NCBI GenBank assembly: GCA_963719315.1
Contig: CAVRBU010000002.1
Span: 1,760,001 to 1,824,000, forward strand
Length of the DNA: 64,000 nt
Direction of reading: 5' to 3'
Origin: an uncultured Planctomycetota bacterium
GTDB lineage: Bacteria > Planctomycetota > Planctomycetia > Pirellulales > Lacipirellulaceae
Shown here: positions 43,132 to 54,765 of the stretch, one piece after another
How positions within the stretch are numbered: the first letter of the stretch is position 1
Layout: each line of letters begins with the position of its first letter
The notes under the pieces: model-generated
Seen by the model: the letters and a program-made list of their open reading frames with translations, nothing else
Database searches by the model: none
What the model was told of the DNA's origin: nothing
Position numbers and translations under genes: made by a program

Positions 43132-43728
43132 ATGGGTATTCGTTTCTTGTGTCCGAATGGGCACAAGCTCAACGTCAAATCATTCCAAGCCGGCAAGCGC
43201 GCGATCTGCCCGGAATGCGGAGCGAAGGTCGTCGTGCCGGCCACGTCCGAAGTTGCAGCGGCTGAGTCACCGCAGTCAATCGTCGCACCCGCCAAGCAAG
43301 TGACGGATACGGCGTCGCCTTCGATCGTCATCTCGATCGCTGAAAGTACAACCACGTCGCCCCCGAAGCTCGTGGAGCCGTCTCCAGCATTAAAAGCTCA
43401 GCCGATTCCGCCGCCGAACATTCCGGAATCGATTGTCATCGCTCCGAGCCAACCGGAATCGGTGATCGAGCCAGTGGCATTGGCCCCAGAAGCACAGTAT
43501 CAGATGCGCCGCGAACGTAACCGGCGCAATCAATTGCTGTTCGCCGTGTTTCTGTTGACGACAACCGTAGTGTTGGCCTTCGTGCTGATATGGGTGTTGC
43601 GGCGGGACGCAGGTTCGTCGACCGGTGGACAAGTGCCGCCGGCGAAAACGAACAGCATCGCGCGATCGCTCTTTTGCGATATCACCGCCTGCAATTGTTG
43701 GCAATCCGCCCCCATTTCGAGGATTTAA
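43132..43728 (+). CDS. Zinc-ribbon protein with Pro-rich linker and single TM
   Basis: MGIRFLCPNGHKLNVK....GKRAICPECG. Confidence 0.75.
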   Translation: MGIRFLCPNGHKLNVKSFQAGKRAICPECGAKVVVPATSEVAAAESPQSIVAPAKQVTDTASPSIVISIAESTTTSPPKLVEPSPALKAQPIPPPNIPESIVIAPSQPESVIEPVALAPEAQYQMRRERNRRNQLLFAVFLLTTTVVLAFVLIWVLRRDAGSSTGGQVPPAKTNSIARSLFCDITACNCWQSAPISRI

Positions 43729-43733
43729 CGACA

Positions 43734-44282
43734 GTGAGTTTCGAACGGCTCTGGGCACCCTGGCGACTGGAATACGTGACTGGCAGCGAGGCCGTCGCCG
43801 CGACGCCGCTTGAGCCTGTCGAATGGCAGACGAACGCCGATCGCGATTGCTTCTTGTGCCGGGCAGCCGCCATTTATGAAACGGACTCAAATGCCGACCG
43901 GTCTTTGATGGTGGCGGACCGCGGGTCACTCGCACTCGTGGTTCTCAATCGATACCCATATAACAACGGCCACTTGTTAATCGCACCGCTGCGCCACGTG
44001 GGCGAATTGAGCCAGATGACGAAAGAAGAGAATCTGGACTGCGTCGGACGCCTGGCGAAGTTGACGACCGTTTACCGAGAGCGGTTGAATGCCGAGGGGT
44101 TTAACATCGGCTTGAATTTGGGGAAAGTCGCCGGAGCCGGATTGCCGGGTCATTTGCACTGGCACCTCGTGCCCCGTTGGGCGGGTGACAATAATTTCAT
44201 GCCCGTACTGGCCGGCACGCGCGTGATTCCCCAATCGCTCGATACACTATGGCAAATGCTCGCAGACGCCCTAAAAAACTAA
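43734..44282 (+). CDS. HIT-family protein (Ap4A phosphorylase-like)
   Basis: LWAPWR, CFLC, LNRYPYNNGHLL and HLHWHLVPRW. Confidence 0.9.
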   Translation: MSFERLWAPWRLEYVTGSEAVAATPLEPVEWQTNADRDCFLCRAAAIYETDSNADRSLMVADRGSLALVVLNRYPYNNGHLLIAPLRHVGELSQMTKEENLDCVGRLAKLTTVYRERLNAEGFNIGLNLGKVAGAGLPGHLHWHLVPRWAGDNNFMPVLAGTRVIPQSLDTLWQMLADALKN

Positions 44283-44299
44283 AACGCTCGCCGAACACT

Positions 44300-45450
44300 G
44301 TGCCGAACCCAGCCTCGTCCGACATTACGACCGATCGCGAACGGGCAATTCTGGCCCCCTACGCGATGCACAGTGCCGATTCGCTTGGCCGCCACTACCC
44401 CGAACCTGTGCACCCGTATCGGGGGACGTATCAGCGCGATCGCGATCGCATCCTGCACAGCGCGGCATTCCGCCGGTTGAGCCAGAAAACACAGGTCTTC
44501 ACGGGCACAATGGGCGACTATCATCGTACGCGACTTACGCATACGCTCGAAGTTTCGTCGATTGCCCGAACGATCGCGCGGGCCCTGAGACTCAATGAAG
44601 ACCTGGTCGAAGCACTCGCGCTGGCACACGATCTGGGCCATCCGCCATTCGGACATTCGGGCGAAGACGTGCTCAATGAATGTTTGAAGGACCACGGTGG
44701 ATTTAATCACAATGCGCAAGCACTCAGGATTTGTGAGTTGCTGGAATCGAGCTTCCGCCCGTTTCCGGGATTGAATTTGACGCGCGAGGTTTTGGACGGC
44801 CAGCAAAGGCGGTCCGAAAAGCACAGACAGGCGGCAAGTCCGCAGGACGCGGCACAGCACGCCAATAGCCCGTTACTGGAAGTTCAGGTCGTCGACGTGG
44901 CGGATAGCATCGCCTACGACGCACACGATGCCGATGATGCGCTGGAACTCGGCTTGCTCGAACCGGATCAGTTGTTGCAAGTGCCGCTGTGGAGCGAAGC
45001 GCGGGAACGAATCGCTCGCGCGCAGTGCCGCTTGACGATCGCCAACTGCGGCGGGCCATCGTGCATGAAGTGATCGATTGGCAAGTCAACGATGTGATCG
45101 AGTACGCTGCGCATGTGCTCGCGGAGCGGCACGTGGGATGCGTGCTGGACGTGCGTAAGTCGCCGCTGATCATCGGGCCGTCGGCCGAATTGGCAGAAAA
45201 AAAGGGAATTCTCGAGCGCTTTCTGTTCGACAGGGTGTACCGCCATCCCCGAGTGTTGTCGCAGCGTCGGCCGGCCCAGCAAGCGCTACGCGAGACGTTC
45301 GATGTGCTCGTAAATGAGCCGAAAAAACTGCCGCCCAAGTTTCAGCGCCTGGCCGAGAGTGAAGGTATCCCGCGTGCGGCCAGTGATTACTTGGCCGGCA
45401 TGACCGATCGCTTCGCGTTCGAAGAACATCGGCGATTGGTACCGCAATGA
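44300..45450 (+). CDS. dgt: dGTP triphosphohydrolase (apparent 1-bp frameshift near 45015)
   Basis: QRDRDRILHSAAFRRL..KTQV, RTRLTHTLEV and HDLGHPPFGH. The C-terminal DYLAGMTDRFA is in another frame. Confidence 0.9.
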
Positions 45451-45589
45451 AGCCCATTGGTAGCCCCCCGGCCGGGTTGATAGAATGGAAACGACATGTT
45501 TGCCGGCGGCTGTCTTTGCGATCTAACGCGAAGCCTGTACGCCACTTTGTTGGCGTCGCTCATGCCGCCGCGTTAGTCGGAGTTCTTAA

Positions 45590-46618
45590 ATGGCGCTGGT
45601 CGTCTTGCGTTGCGTATTCTTGGCGGTGGCGATCGCGCTGGGATTTCAGTTGTTGGGCTCTGATTTGCTGAGCGGGGAGAATCGATGGCTTCCATGGTTC
45701 GGTTTTCTCGGCGTCATGATCGTTGCGGCGGGCGTTCTAATCGCCGACGTAGCAATGCGGCGTAAGCGGCTGGATACGATCACGGCCGTCTATTTTGGAA
45801 CGATCATCGGGCTATTCTTGACCTATGTATTCCAACTCGCGCTCACTCCGATACTTCCGAATCCGCACAGTTGGCTGGCGGATTGGTTGCGGCTCGCGCT
45901 CGCCACAATTGTCTGCTATTCCTGCATTAGCATTCTGTTGCAGACGAAGGACGATTTCCGCTTTATCATTCCGTATGTCGAATTTGCAAAAGAAGTCAAA
46001 GGGCTCAAACCGTACGTGCTCGATACGAGCGTCGTGATCGACGGGCGGATTGCAGACATCGTCGAAACGCGGGTCATCGACAATCAACTCGTCATGCCGC
46101 AATTCGTAATCGGCGAATTGCAGGCGATCGCCGATTCGAACGACAAACTCAAGCGGAACCGCGGTCGCCGTGGACTCGATATTCTCAACCGCCTCCGCAG
46201 CGATCCAAAAGTCGATCTGATGATTTACGATCGCGAACTGCCCGAGTTCGCCGGCCAACCAGTCGATCAAAAGCTAGTGCTGCTCGCGAAACACCTAGAA
46301 GGGAAGGTCGTCACGAACGACTACAATTTGAACAAAGTGGCCAAGCTGCACAACGTGGGCGTCATCAATCTGAACGACATCGCCAACTCGCTGAAGCCGG
46401 TGTTTTTGCCGGGCGAAACGATCGACGTGCGGATCGTCAAAGCGGGCGAGGAAGCGGGGCAGGGCGTTGGATATCTGGAAGACGGTACGATGGTTGTCAT
46501 CGAAGGAGGCCGCGATCATATTAGCGACCAAATTAGCGCGGTGGTGACGAGCGTGCTGCAGACGAGCGCCGGCCGAATGGTATTTGGCCGCTACGTCGGG
46601 ACAGTGCCGGACGCTTGA
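45590..46618 (+). CDS. Membrane-anchored PIN/TRAM domain protein (YacL-like)
   Basis: Four TM segments, VLDTSVVIDGRI, RGRRGLDIL, TNDYNLNKVA, QGVGYLEDGTMVV and QTSAGRMVF. Confidence 0.92.
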   Translation: MALVVLRCVFLAVAIALGFQLLGSDLLSGENRWLPWFGFLGVMIVAAGVLIADVAMRRKRLDTITAVYFGTIIGLFLTYVFQLALTPILPNPHSWLADWLRLALATIVCYSCISILLQTKDDFRFIIPYVEFAKEVKGLKPYVLDTSVVIDGRIADIVETRVIDNQLVMPQFVIGELQAIADSNDKLKRNRGRRGLDILNRLRSDPKVDLMIYDRELPEFAGQPVDQKLVLLAKHLEGKVVTNDYNLNKVAKLHNVGVINLNDIANSLKPVFLPGETIDVRIVKAGEEAGQGVGYLEDGTMVVIEGGRDHISDQISAVVTSVLQTSAGRMVFGRYVGTVPDA

Positions 46619-46738
46619 TGCCGTGAGGCCAACTGCGAACCGGTAATTTTGTTGTGGCGATTGACTGCCCGGCGTAAATCGATACAAAGGGATTTTTCGA
46701 CCCTGAACACCCTTATTCTATTAAATACTGACAGTTAC

Positions 46739-47236
46739 ATGAGCGACGCTTTAACACATCCTCTTGTCGGCATCTTGATGGGCTCGAAGTCGGACTGGGA
46801 GACGATGCAGGGGGCGGCCAAGATTTTCAACGAATTCGGCGTTCCGCACGAGGCAAAAGTGGCCTCGGCACATCGCTCGCCCGCGTTGGTGACCGAATTC
46901 GTGACGACGGCTGAAAGGCGGGGGCTGGAAGTTATCATCGCAGCCGCAGGGCTGGCGGCTCACCTTCCGGGCGTGGTGGCGGCACAAACCTTGTTGCCAG
47001 TGCTCGGTGTGCCGATGCACAGCAACGCGCTGGGCGGCCTCGATGCTCTCCTCTCAATGGTCCAAATGCCGGGCGGCGTGCCGGTGGGGACGCTTGCCAT
47101 CGGTTCGCACGGAGCAAAAAACGCGGCACTGCTAGCAATTCGCATCCTGGCAAACTCGCGACCGGAATTGCGAGCGAAACTGGCGGCATATCACGAGAAG
47201 ATGGCAGAGCAGGTCGAAAGAGATACTCTTGCTTGA
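46739..47236 (+). CDS. purE: N5-carboxyaminoimidazole ribonucleotide mutase
   Basis: ILMGSKSD, SAHR, AAHLPG and SMVQMPGGVPV. Confidence 0.96.
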   Translation: MSDALTHPLVGILMGSKSDWETMQGAAKIFNEFGVPHEAKVASAHRSPALVTEFVTTAERRGLEVIIAAAGLAAHLPGVVAAQTLLPVLGVPMHSNALGGLDALLSMVQMPGGVPVGTLAIGSHGAKNAALLAIRILANSRPELRAKLAAYHEKMAEQVERDTLA

Positions 47237-47260
47237 CTCGCATGGCGGCATCCGCAGACC

Positions 47261-48007
47261 TCAATTTGCCAACCCTCCGAAGCGGCGTTTTCGAGCAGCG
47301 TAGGCGATGATCGCCTCCTGGAGCGTCGCTTCATCAAATTCCGGCCAGCTTTTTTCCGTGACCCAGATTTCGGCGTAGCTGATCTGCCAGAGGAGGAAAT
47401 TACTGATCCGCATTTCGCCGGCGGTCCGGATCAAGAGGTCGGGATCGGGGGCGCCGGCGGTGTAGAGATTCGCCGCAACCGTGGATTCCTCAATGCTCTC
47501 CGGCAACAAGTCGCCGGATTGGATGCGGTGCCCGATTGCCTGTGCTGCATCCACAAGTTCCGCCCGGCCACCGTAGTTGATGGCCAAGTTAAGCCACATT
47601 CCAGTGTTCGTGCTGCTGAGCTCGACCGTCTTATCGAGCTCACGGAGGACTTGTTCGGGGATCTCGTGGCGTCGGCCGAGCATCCGCACGCGGACGTTGT
47701 TTTCCATGATCGTGGCCCGCTCCTCGATCATGTATTGCTCCAGCAGGTGCATCAGGAAGTTGATTTCGGTCTCCGGCCGCTTCCAGTTTTCGCTCGACAG
47801 GCAGTAGAGCGTGAGTTGCTCGACCTTGAGGCGAGCACACTCTTCGGTCGTGCGACGGACGGACTCGACGCCACGTTGGTGCCCGGCAACGCGCGGCAGA
47901 TTCTGCCGCTCGGCCCAGCGGCCATTGCCATCCATGATGATCGCGATATGCCGCGGCCGGCGCTCGGGCGGGTTTTCCAGCATCGGTCCTTGCTGTGCGC
48001 CACTCAT
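47261..48007 (-). CDS. uppS: Undecaprenyl diphosphate synthase
   Basis: HIAIIMDGNGRWA, SSENWKRP, NYGGR and RTAGEMRISNFLLWQ. Confidence 0.96.
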   Translation of the reverse strand: MSGAQQGPMLENPPERRPRHIAIIMDGNGRWAERQNLPRVAGHQRGVESVRRTTEECARLKVEQLTLYCLSSENWKRPETEINFLMHLLEQYMIEERATIMENNVRVRMLGRRHEIPEQVLRELDKTVELSSTNTGMWLNLAINYGGRAELVDAAQAIGHRIQSGDLLPESIEESTVAANLYTAGAPDPDLLIRTAGEMRISNFLLWQISYAEIWVTEKSWPEFDEATLQEAIIAYAARKRRFGGLAN

Positions 48008-48030
48008 GATCGAAATGCAATTGAAATTGA

Positions 48031-48167
48031 ACCACGGAGGCACAACCGATGCTGGATGGAAGAAAGGTACTGATTGTATTGAATGTTGAATGTTGAATAA
48101 CACTCCACCAGCAACATTCACCATCGGCTACGCACGCCTTTCTCAGTGTCCTCCGTGTCTCCGTGGT
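48031..48167. repeat. Composite palindromic intergenic repeat
   Basis: Outer inverted repeat ACCACGGAGGCAC/GTGTCTCCGTGGT, with an inner heptamer tandem TTGAATG(x2-3) and an inverted AACATTCA. Confidence 0.6.
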
Positions 48168-48170
48168 GCT

Positions 48171-49462
48171 TTACCGGGTGACTATAATTGTTTGATCGCG
48201 CTCGGGCCCAACGGACACCATGCCGATCGGCCGCTCGACAAGCTCGCTGATGCGGCGGGCGTAGGCCTTAGCGTTCGTCGGCAGCTCATCGTAAGCTCGG
48301 CAACCGGTGATTTCCTCCTTCCAGCCGGGCACCGATTCATACACGGGCTTGGCGCGGCGGAGGTCGTCGACGTGGCTGGGGAACTGCGAGGATTTCTTGC
48401 CATCGACCTCGTAGGCCGTGCAGATTCTCAATTCGTCGAGGCCGCTGAGCACGTCGAGGAGCATGATGGCGATCTCGTCGACGCCACTGAGCCGGCTGGT
48501 ATAGCGGAGGGCGACAACATCGAGCCAACCGCAACGCCGCGGGCGACGGGTGACAGTGCCATATTCATTGCCGCGATCGCGAAGGTACTGGCCGGTGGTG
48601 TTGTCCTGTTCGGTGGGGAAGGGCCCGCCGCCGACGCGCGTGGAATACGCTTTGACGACGCCGATGCTGCGGTCGATATGCCGAAGCGGCACACCGGAGC
48701 CGCTGGAAATGCCGACCCCGGAGCTGTTGCTGCTGGTGACAAAAGGATACGTGCCATGATCGACGTCGAGCAGCGCGCCTGCGCGCCTTCGAACAGCAGT
48801 CGCTTGCCACTCTCGGCGGCGGTGAGCAGGAGTTCGGTTGTGTCACAGACGTAGGGCCGCAAGCGTTCGGCGTAGGCCGAGTATTCCTGGACAATGCCGG
48901 ACGCTTCAAGCGGCTTGAATTCGCCAGCCGGGTAGAGGACTTCCAGAATGCGGTTTTTGGCGGCCACGATGTGCTCGACCTGCGAGCCGAATGTCGGCCG
49001 GTAGAGGTCGCCGAGCCGTAAGGCATGCGAGCGGCCGACCTTGTCCCGATAGCAGGGACCAATGCCGCGGCCGGTCGTGCCGATGTTTTCGCCGTCGGAC
49101 GTGCTCTTATCGAGTGCGCGGTCCTCGGCAAAATGCCAGGGAAATATCACGTGAGCCCGGTCGCTGATCCGCAGATTATCGGCGTGCCCTGCGCCGCGCT
49201 TGGCGAGCTCATCCAACTCTTCGATCACGCGAGCCGGGTTGACGACCACGCCAGTGGCGATGACGCACGTGACGCCGGATGTAAGGATGCCGCTGGGAAG
49301 CAGTGAGAGCTTGTAAACCTGGTCGCCGACGACGACCGTGTGCCCGGCGTTCGCTCCGCCCTGGTAGCGGACGACGAAATCGTGTTCGCGGGTGAGGAGA
49401 TCAACGATTTTGCCCTTGGCTTCGTCGCCCCATTGCAGACCAATAACGCAAGTGCCGGACAT
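48171..49462 (-). CDS. purA: Adenylosuccinate synthetase (apparent 1-bp frameshift near 48779)
   Basis: [17 protein letters not shown] and [31 protein letters not shown] is restored by one extra G, then [14 protein letters not shown] follows. Confidence 0.95.
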
Positions 49463-49557
49463 GAATTCTTTAATTACGGGAATTACGTGGCAAGTGGGCG
49501 CGATCTATTGATTCAGCCCGATTTTACGATGGCGAGGCATTGACCGAAAGCCCAAGG

Positions 49558-49986
49558 CTATGCGGGTGCAAATCGCAATAAGAAATCAAGTGGTGTTAGA
49601 ATTGGAATTCCGTGAAAGGGGTGTATCGCGAGCAAATCGGTATCTCCAGTCACGAGTGCCGTCGCTTGTCCATCTATCGCAAGCTCAAGGAGCCGATTGT
49701 CGCTCGCGTCTCGGCAATCGGCGATGGCCTTTGACGTTTCGACAAAGACGCAGTCTCGAATTGCATCGGCAACCAACTCTTCGCGTATCGCGAGGCTCAA
49801 GTAGCGATCGAACTTCTCGCGGCGCATGACGTCGGCAAGTTCCGCAGCCGTCTCGAGCGACATCAGCAATAGGCAATTCGCAGAAACGTGGGCAAACACC
49901 TTGCCGGGCACGGACAGGGGAAACAAGAACGCGCTGACAATTGTGTTGGTATCCAGAACGATTCGATGCAGCGATTCACGCTCCAT
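49558..49986 (-). CDS. PIN-domain toxin (VapC-like, PIN_3 type)
   Basis: IVLDTNTIVSA, CRDASDN..LELA and LVTGDTDLL. Confidence 0.88.
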   Translation of the reverse strand: MERESLHRIVLDTNTIVSAFLFPLSVPGKVFAHVSANCLLLMSLETAAELADVMRREKFDRYLSLAIREELVADAIRDCVFVETSKAIADCRDASDNRLLELAIDGQATALVTGDTDLLAIHPFHGIPILTPLDFLLRFAPA

Positions 49987-50203
49987 CCAGAATCTCCTCG
50001 AGAATCTCTGGCGTCAGCCCCTTGGCCTGGGCTTCGTTACTCGCCTCGCGGATCACGTCTTGCAGCGGGCGTGTTTTCAAGGCAGTTTCGCTCAATCGCA
50101 GGCTGAGCAACGCATCGAGTTTTTTCCGCTGCTGCTCCGTGGCAGCAAGATAGACTGCTGCCGCGTCGGGCGCTACTCGAATTGTGATTTCTTGCATCGT
50201 CAT
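49976..50203 (-). CDS. Putative antitoxin
   Basis: 75-aa ORF overlapping the PIN toxin start, ending EAQAKGLTPEILEEIL. Confidence 0.7.
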   Translation of the reverse strand: MTMQEITIRVAPDAAAVYLAATEQQRKKLDALLSLRLSETALKTRPLQDVIREASNEAQAKGLTPEILEEILDGA

Positions 50204-50232
50204 TGGCCAACTCCCGCAGATACTTTCCGCTC

Positions 50233-52231
50233 TTAGCGGATTTCCAACTCAAACGGCATCAGCAACGCCGCCGGCCGATCAAATGCCTTGCGGATGCGGG
50301 CAGCGCGGCGGGCGATATTCGTTAGTTCGGGGGACAGGTTTTCAAGACCGCTCGCAATGCGGGTTTCTTTTTCGGCTTCCAAGTCGCCGAAGAGCGACTC
50401 GAAGAAGTTGGTAGGCGCCGGCAGCACGTCGATATGGACGTCGGCGTCGGCTTCGAGGCCGGCCAGTTTTTTGGCTTCGATCACGGCGTCGTGCAGCGTA
50501 CCTAGGTCGTCCACTAAGCCAATCTCCTTGGCCTGGAGGCCGGTGTAGATTCTCCCGCCGGCAAGTTCGCGGAGCTTTTCGAGCGGCAGCTTGCGACCCT
50601 TAGACGCTTTCTCCGTGAATTGGTCATAGGTGTCTTCCATCATTTTCTGGAGTACCGCGCGCTGCGAGTCGGTGAATTTTCCGCTTGAAGAAAACAGCCC
50701 GCTGTTCTTGCCTCGTTCGATGACCTCGGTCGTGATGCCGAGCTTGTCGTACAAGCCGCGGAGGGCCATTTTGCCGCCGACGACGCCGATCGACCCGGTG
50801 ATCGTACCAGGGGCGGCGATGATCTTGTCGGCGCCCATCGCGATGTAGTAGCCCCCGCTACCCGCCACGTCGCCCATGCTGGCAACGATCGGCTTCTTGA
50901 TGACTTGCGTTTCATGCCAGATCAAATCGCTCGCCAAGGCGGATCCGCCTGGGCTATCGATGCGGAGCACGATCGCGACGACCTGCTTGTCTTTGTCGGC
51001 TTCGCGCAGCGCGTCGATGATCGTGGCCGAACCGATCGTCTGGTCGCCGAACATATCGCTTTCGCTCTTGCCCGTCGCGATGGGACCGACCGCATACACG
51101 ATAGCGATCTTCTTTCCCCTGCTATCGCTGGAGGAGGAGCCGCCACCCATCATGACTTGCATCAGTTTCACGATGCCCATCGGGCCAGAGAAATCGGTAT
51201 CGACTTCCTTCTTGCCATAATTCTTTACGAGGACGAGCGAGTCGGCGTCGTACTTGTGGGCGAGTTCCGCGCGGAGCGCGTCGGGGTAAGCAATGCGATC
51301 GATCAAGCCTAATTCCTTAGCTCTTTTGGCGGAGATCAGGCCCGTGTCGATGACTTCCTTCGCTTGGGCGATCGAGAGCGGCCGATCCTTGACGATGGTC
51401 GTAATCATTTCGTCGTACAGGCTATCGACGAGCGCGTTCATGTTTTCGCGGACCGGCTCGCTGAAGCCTTCGCGCGTCATTGGTTCGGCGTAGCTTTTAT
51501 ACGCGCCGATGTGGATGAAATCGGCCTCGATGCCGAGCTTGGCGAGCAGGCCCTTGTAGAACATCGCTTCGGCATGAACACCGGGCAGCATCAGCTCACC
51601 CGATTCGGGCATCACGATTTCGTCGCAGGCGCAAGCCACCATGTAGTCGGCCGGCTCAGCCGAATCCAGCGTGGCATAAACTTTCTTACCCGAAGCGCGG
51701 AAGCGGCTGATCGCGCCGCGAAGTTCTTCGACTTTCCCGCGGCCGATTTCTGGGCTTTGAATATCGAGCACGAGCCCCGCAACGTTCTTGTCCTTGGCGG
51801 CCTTTTCCAGCCGCTTAATCGTTTCGCGGAGATCGAGTCGAGCTTCACCAAATAGCCCGGCCTGACCGGCACTCTCGGGAATTGAACTCTTGAGCGTCAG
51901 CATTGCCAAGCGAACTTTGTCGTGCTTGGCTGGTTTCGCCGCTTCACTCTTGGCCGCCGTTGCGTGCTTTACTTTGCCGGTTTCACTGGCTTTGGATTTA
52001 GACGATTCGGCGGCCGCATGTTTCTCATCCGCCTGCTCATTGTTTTTCGCGGCGTCGCTGTTTTCTTTTTTGTCGGCCGCCGAGGACGTTCTCTTTTTTT
52101 TGGTCTGCCGTTGCCGTTTCGGCGGCCAATACGCCTGACCTCACACCTAACCCGGCGGCGATCGCGAACATGCTGGCAATCGCAACTAGTTGACAACTCA
52201 ATGCGAAACCGGAACGGTACTTGGCGTTCAT
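50233..52231 (-). CDS. sppA: Signal peptide peptidase SppA, long form (apparent +1 frameshift at A8 run 52094-52101)
   Basis: Two S49 domains with GAYKS, LRIDSPGGSALASD, SMGDVAGSGGYY and TITGSIGV. The signal peptide from ATG 52231 is one base out of frame. Confidence 0.9.
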
Positions 52232-52536
52232 AAAAGCACTCCACACGGTAGAGGTCAAAGCCTTGAAGTCGGCCGAAATATGTAAAGTTGCTGGCGCGAA
52301 TGCAAGCCATGCGCGTGGCATGATGCGGGCGACAGCACAATTCCAACACACCTATTCTACCGGCCTGGCCGGCCTATTCTACCCGGACCGGGGCCAGCTT
52401 TTTAGTCTGGCCGGGGTACCGGCAGTTTGCTACAGTTTTCGCCCTAATCAGTCGTTTAGCGGCCGCAAGTCTGGCGGCACGCTGCGGGACGATGTCCGCC
52501 TCGGCGGGCCTACTTTTCTCTGGTGAGGTGCGCAGG

Positions 52537-53886
52537 ATGCGATCGCCGCGTAGTCAATTTTACGTCATTGTATTGATGGGGATGCTGACCGCCCTTTCCC
52601 GGCCGGCAAACGCCCAGCTCTGGCGGCAATTCCTGCCCATCGGCAAGAGTGCCGCGCCGGCAGACCGACAGGCGAATGAGACCGGCACGCGCGACCAGGC
52701 TAGGGCGGAAGATTCACGCGCGACGCAAGTCGCCGGACCGGCGCCAATCGGCGGCGACCTCGCGCTTTCGCAGAATAATGGACCGTGGTTGATCGTGGCG
52801 GCGAGTTTTTCCGGCGACGGCGCCGAGAAGCAAGCCCGCGAATTGGCGGAGGAGCTTCGCGGCCAGTTCCGGATGGCCGCTTACGTACACGAGATGGACT
52901 TCAAGTTTGGCGATGAGAATCCAGGCAAAGGTTTGGATAACTATGGCGCGCCGACTCGCCGGCACTATCGCCGCGGCGATCAAGCCCGCGAAATCGCGGT
53001 ACTGGTGGGAGATTTCGTCTCGATCGAAGATCCGGACGCTCAGCAAATGCTCCATCGCATCAAGACGCTGCAGCCGAAAGCGCTGAACGTCGACGCCAAC
53101 CAGACCGCGCAGAGCATGGCCCAGGTGAGGCAGTTCGAGGACGCGCTGAAGGAGAAACTTGGCAAAGCGAAGAAGCGCGGACCGATGGCCCAGGCCTTCT
53201 TCACGCGAAACCCGCTCCTGCCGCTCGAGTATTTCGTGCCCAGGGGAGTTGATCCATTTGTCGCGAAGATGAACCAGGGCGTGGAGCACAGCCTGCTCGA
53301 TTGTCCCGGTCGGCAAACGATTCAAGTCGCCACATTTCGCGGCAAAACAATCTTGCAGACGAGCGCTGAAGAACTGCCCGAGACCAAATCGTTCTGGGGT
53401 AGAAAAAAGCACGACGATAGTAATCCCCTGGTCGAAGCGGCCGAGAACGCTCATTTGTTGACCAAGGAACTGCGAGACCACGGCTGGGAGGCCTATGAGT
53501 TCCACGACCGCACCGAGAGTATCGTCACCATCGGCTCATTCGCCGATGTAACGCAGCGGCTGCCGGATGGCCGGGTGGTTGTGCTGCCGGAAGTTCAGAA
53601 GATCGTCCAAACGTTCGACGCCGGGTTTGACACGCCAGCCGACCCGCTAAGCGGAATCGGCAACGACCAAATGACGAGGCAACGCGTCGAGCAGGAAGAA
53701 CAGCAGGTCAGCATGCAGCTCAGCGGCAAGCAAGCGCAAATCGTGCCGGGGATGAATCCCAAGCACGTGAAAATCATGCACGGCCACGGCAAGAGTGTTA
53801 AGGTCGATCGAATCATCCCGATGGATGTGCATCCACAGGCGATCGACGTGCCGAAGCGAAGCGTTTCGAGCGCGTACGCGGGGTAA
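52537..53886 (+). CDS. Secreted conserved hypothetical protein (SPOR-like repeats possible)
   Basis: Signal peptide and two related segments (WLIVAASFSG...ELR...AY and IQVATFRG...ELR.HG.EAY). Confidence 0.7.
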   Translation: MRSPRSQFYVIVLMGMLTALSRPANAQLWRQFLPIGKSAAPADRQANETGTRDQARAEDSRATQVAGPAPIGGDLALSQNNGPWLIVAASFSGDGAEKQARELAEELRGQFRMAAYVHEMDFKFGDENPGKGLDNYGAPTRRHYRRGDQAREIAVLVGDFVSIEDPDAQQMLHRIKTLQPKALNVDANQTAQSMAQVRQFEDALKEKLGKAKKRGPMAQAFFTRNPLLPLEYFVPRGVDPFVAKMNQGVEHSLLDCPGRQTIQVATFRGKTILQTSAEELPETKSFWGRKKHDDSNPLVEAAENAHLLTKELRDHGWEAYEFHDRTESIVTIGSFADVTQRLPDGRVVVLPEVQKIVQTFDAGFDTPADPLSGIGNDQMTRQRVEQEEQQVSMQLSGKQAQIVPGMNPKHVKIMHGHGKSVKVDRIIPMDVHPQAIDVPKRSVSSAYAG

Positions 53887-53897
53887 AAGTTAAACAC

Positions 53898-53967
53898 CGG
53901 GTGGCATGCTCTCGCCGCCCGGCGGCGTGAGCATGTTGGCAACCGCGGCGGGAAAGCATGGCACCCG
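53898..53967. repeat. REP-like palindromic element, related to the copy at 61797-61895
   Basis: CGGGTGGCATGCT...AGCATGGCACCCG, with an inner CGCCGCCCGGCGGCG. Confidence 0.65.
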
Positions 53968-54035
53968 AGTCGATTACGGATTAAGCTGCTGGATGCACCA
54001 ACGGCATCTTTCAATCCCAATCGGGCTCGCGACGC

Positions 54036-54671
54036 TTGACTTTCGACTCTCCCCATCCGCTCGTCATCGGCACGCATAACCGCAAGAAAGGGGAGGATCT
54101 ATTCGAGCTGCTGGCGCCGTGGGGAATCGCGGTCTTCACGCTCGCCGACGTGCCGAACGCCATTGAGGTCGCGGAAACTGGCGACACGTTTGCCGCCAAC
54201 GCCGCGCTGAAAGCCACCCAGCAGGCCAAGCACTTGGGTCGTTGGGTATTGGCCGACGACAGCGGGCTGGAAGTCGATGCGCTGGGCGGTGCGCCGGGCG
54301 TGTATTCAGCCCGTTATGCCGGGCCGAACGCGAGCGACGAGGATAACAATCGCCGCCTACTTGCCGATCTCGGCAACGCGCCCCTGGAAAAACGCACGGC
54401 CCGTTATGTGTGCCACGTCACACTGGCCGATCGGGCCGGCGTGATTCGCGCAGAAAGCGAGGACGTGTGCCATGGCCGAATTCGCTTCGAATTGGCCGGC
54501 TCGAACGGCTTCGGCTACGACCCGCTCTTCGAAATCGTCGAATATCATCGCACATTCGGCGAACTCGGCCAGCGCGTGAAGCAGGCCCTCAGCCACCGCT
54601 CGCGAGCGTTGCGAGCAATCGTGCCAAAGCTATTAGCCATTAGCTTTTCGCCAAGCGAATCCTCTAGCTGA
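54036..54671 (+). CDS. rdgB: Non-canonical purine NTP pyrophosphatase
   Basis: THNRKK, NAALKA, ADDSGL, PGVYSARYAG, GFGYDPLF and SHR. Confidence 0.95.
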   Translation: MTFDSPHPLVIGTHNRKKGEDLFELLAPWGIAVFTLADVPNAIEVAETGDTFAANAALKATQQAKHLGRWVLADDSGLEVDALGGAPGVYSARYAGPNASDEDNNRRLLADLGNAPLEKRTARYVCHVTLADRAGVIRAESEDVCHGRIRFELAGSNGFGYDPLFEIVEYHRTFGELGQRVKQALSHRSRALRAIVPKLLAISFSPSESSS

Positions 54672-54765
54672 CAGCCAATAGCTATTGGCTAACAGCATCA
54701 CTAAACTATAAGAGCCTGGGCGGCACAGATGAATTGCCGGTCCAGGCTCAATGAGAGAGTAAGAA

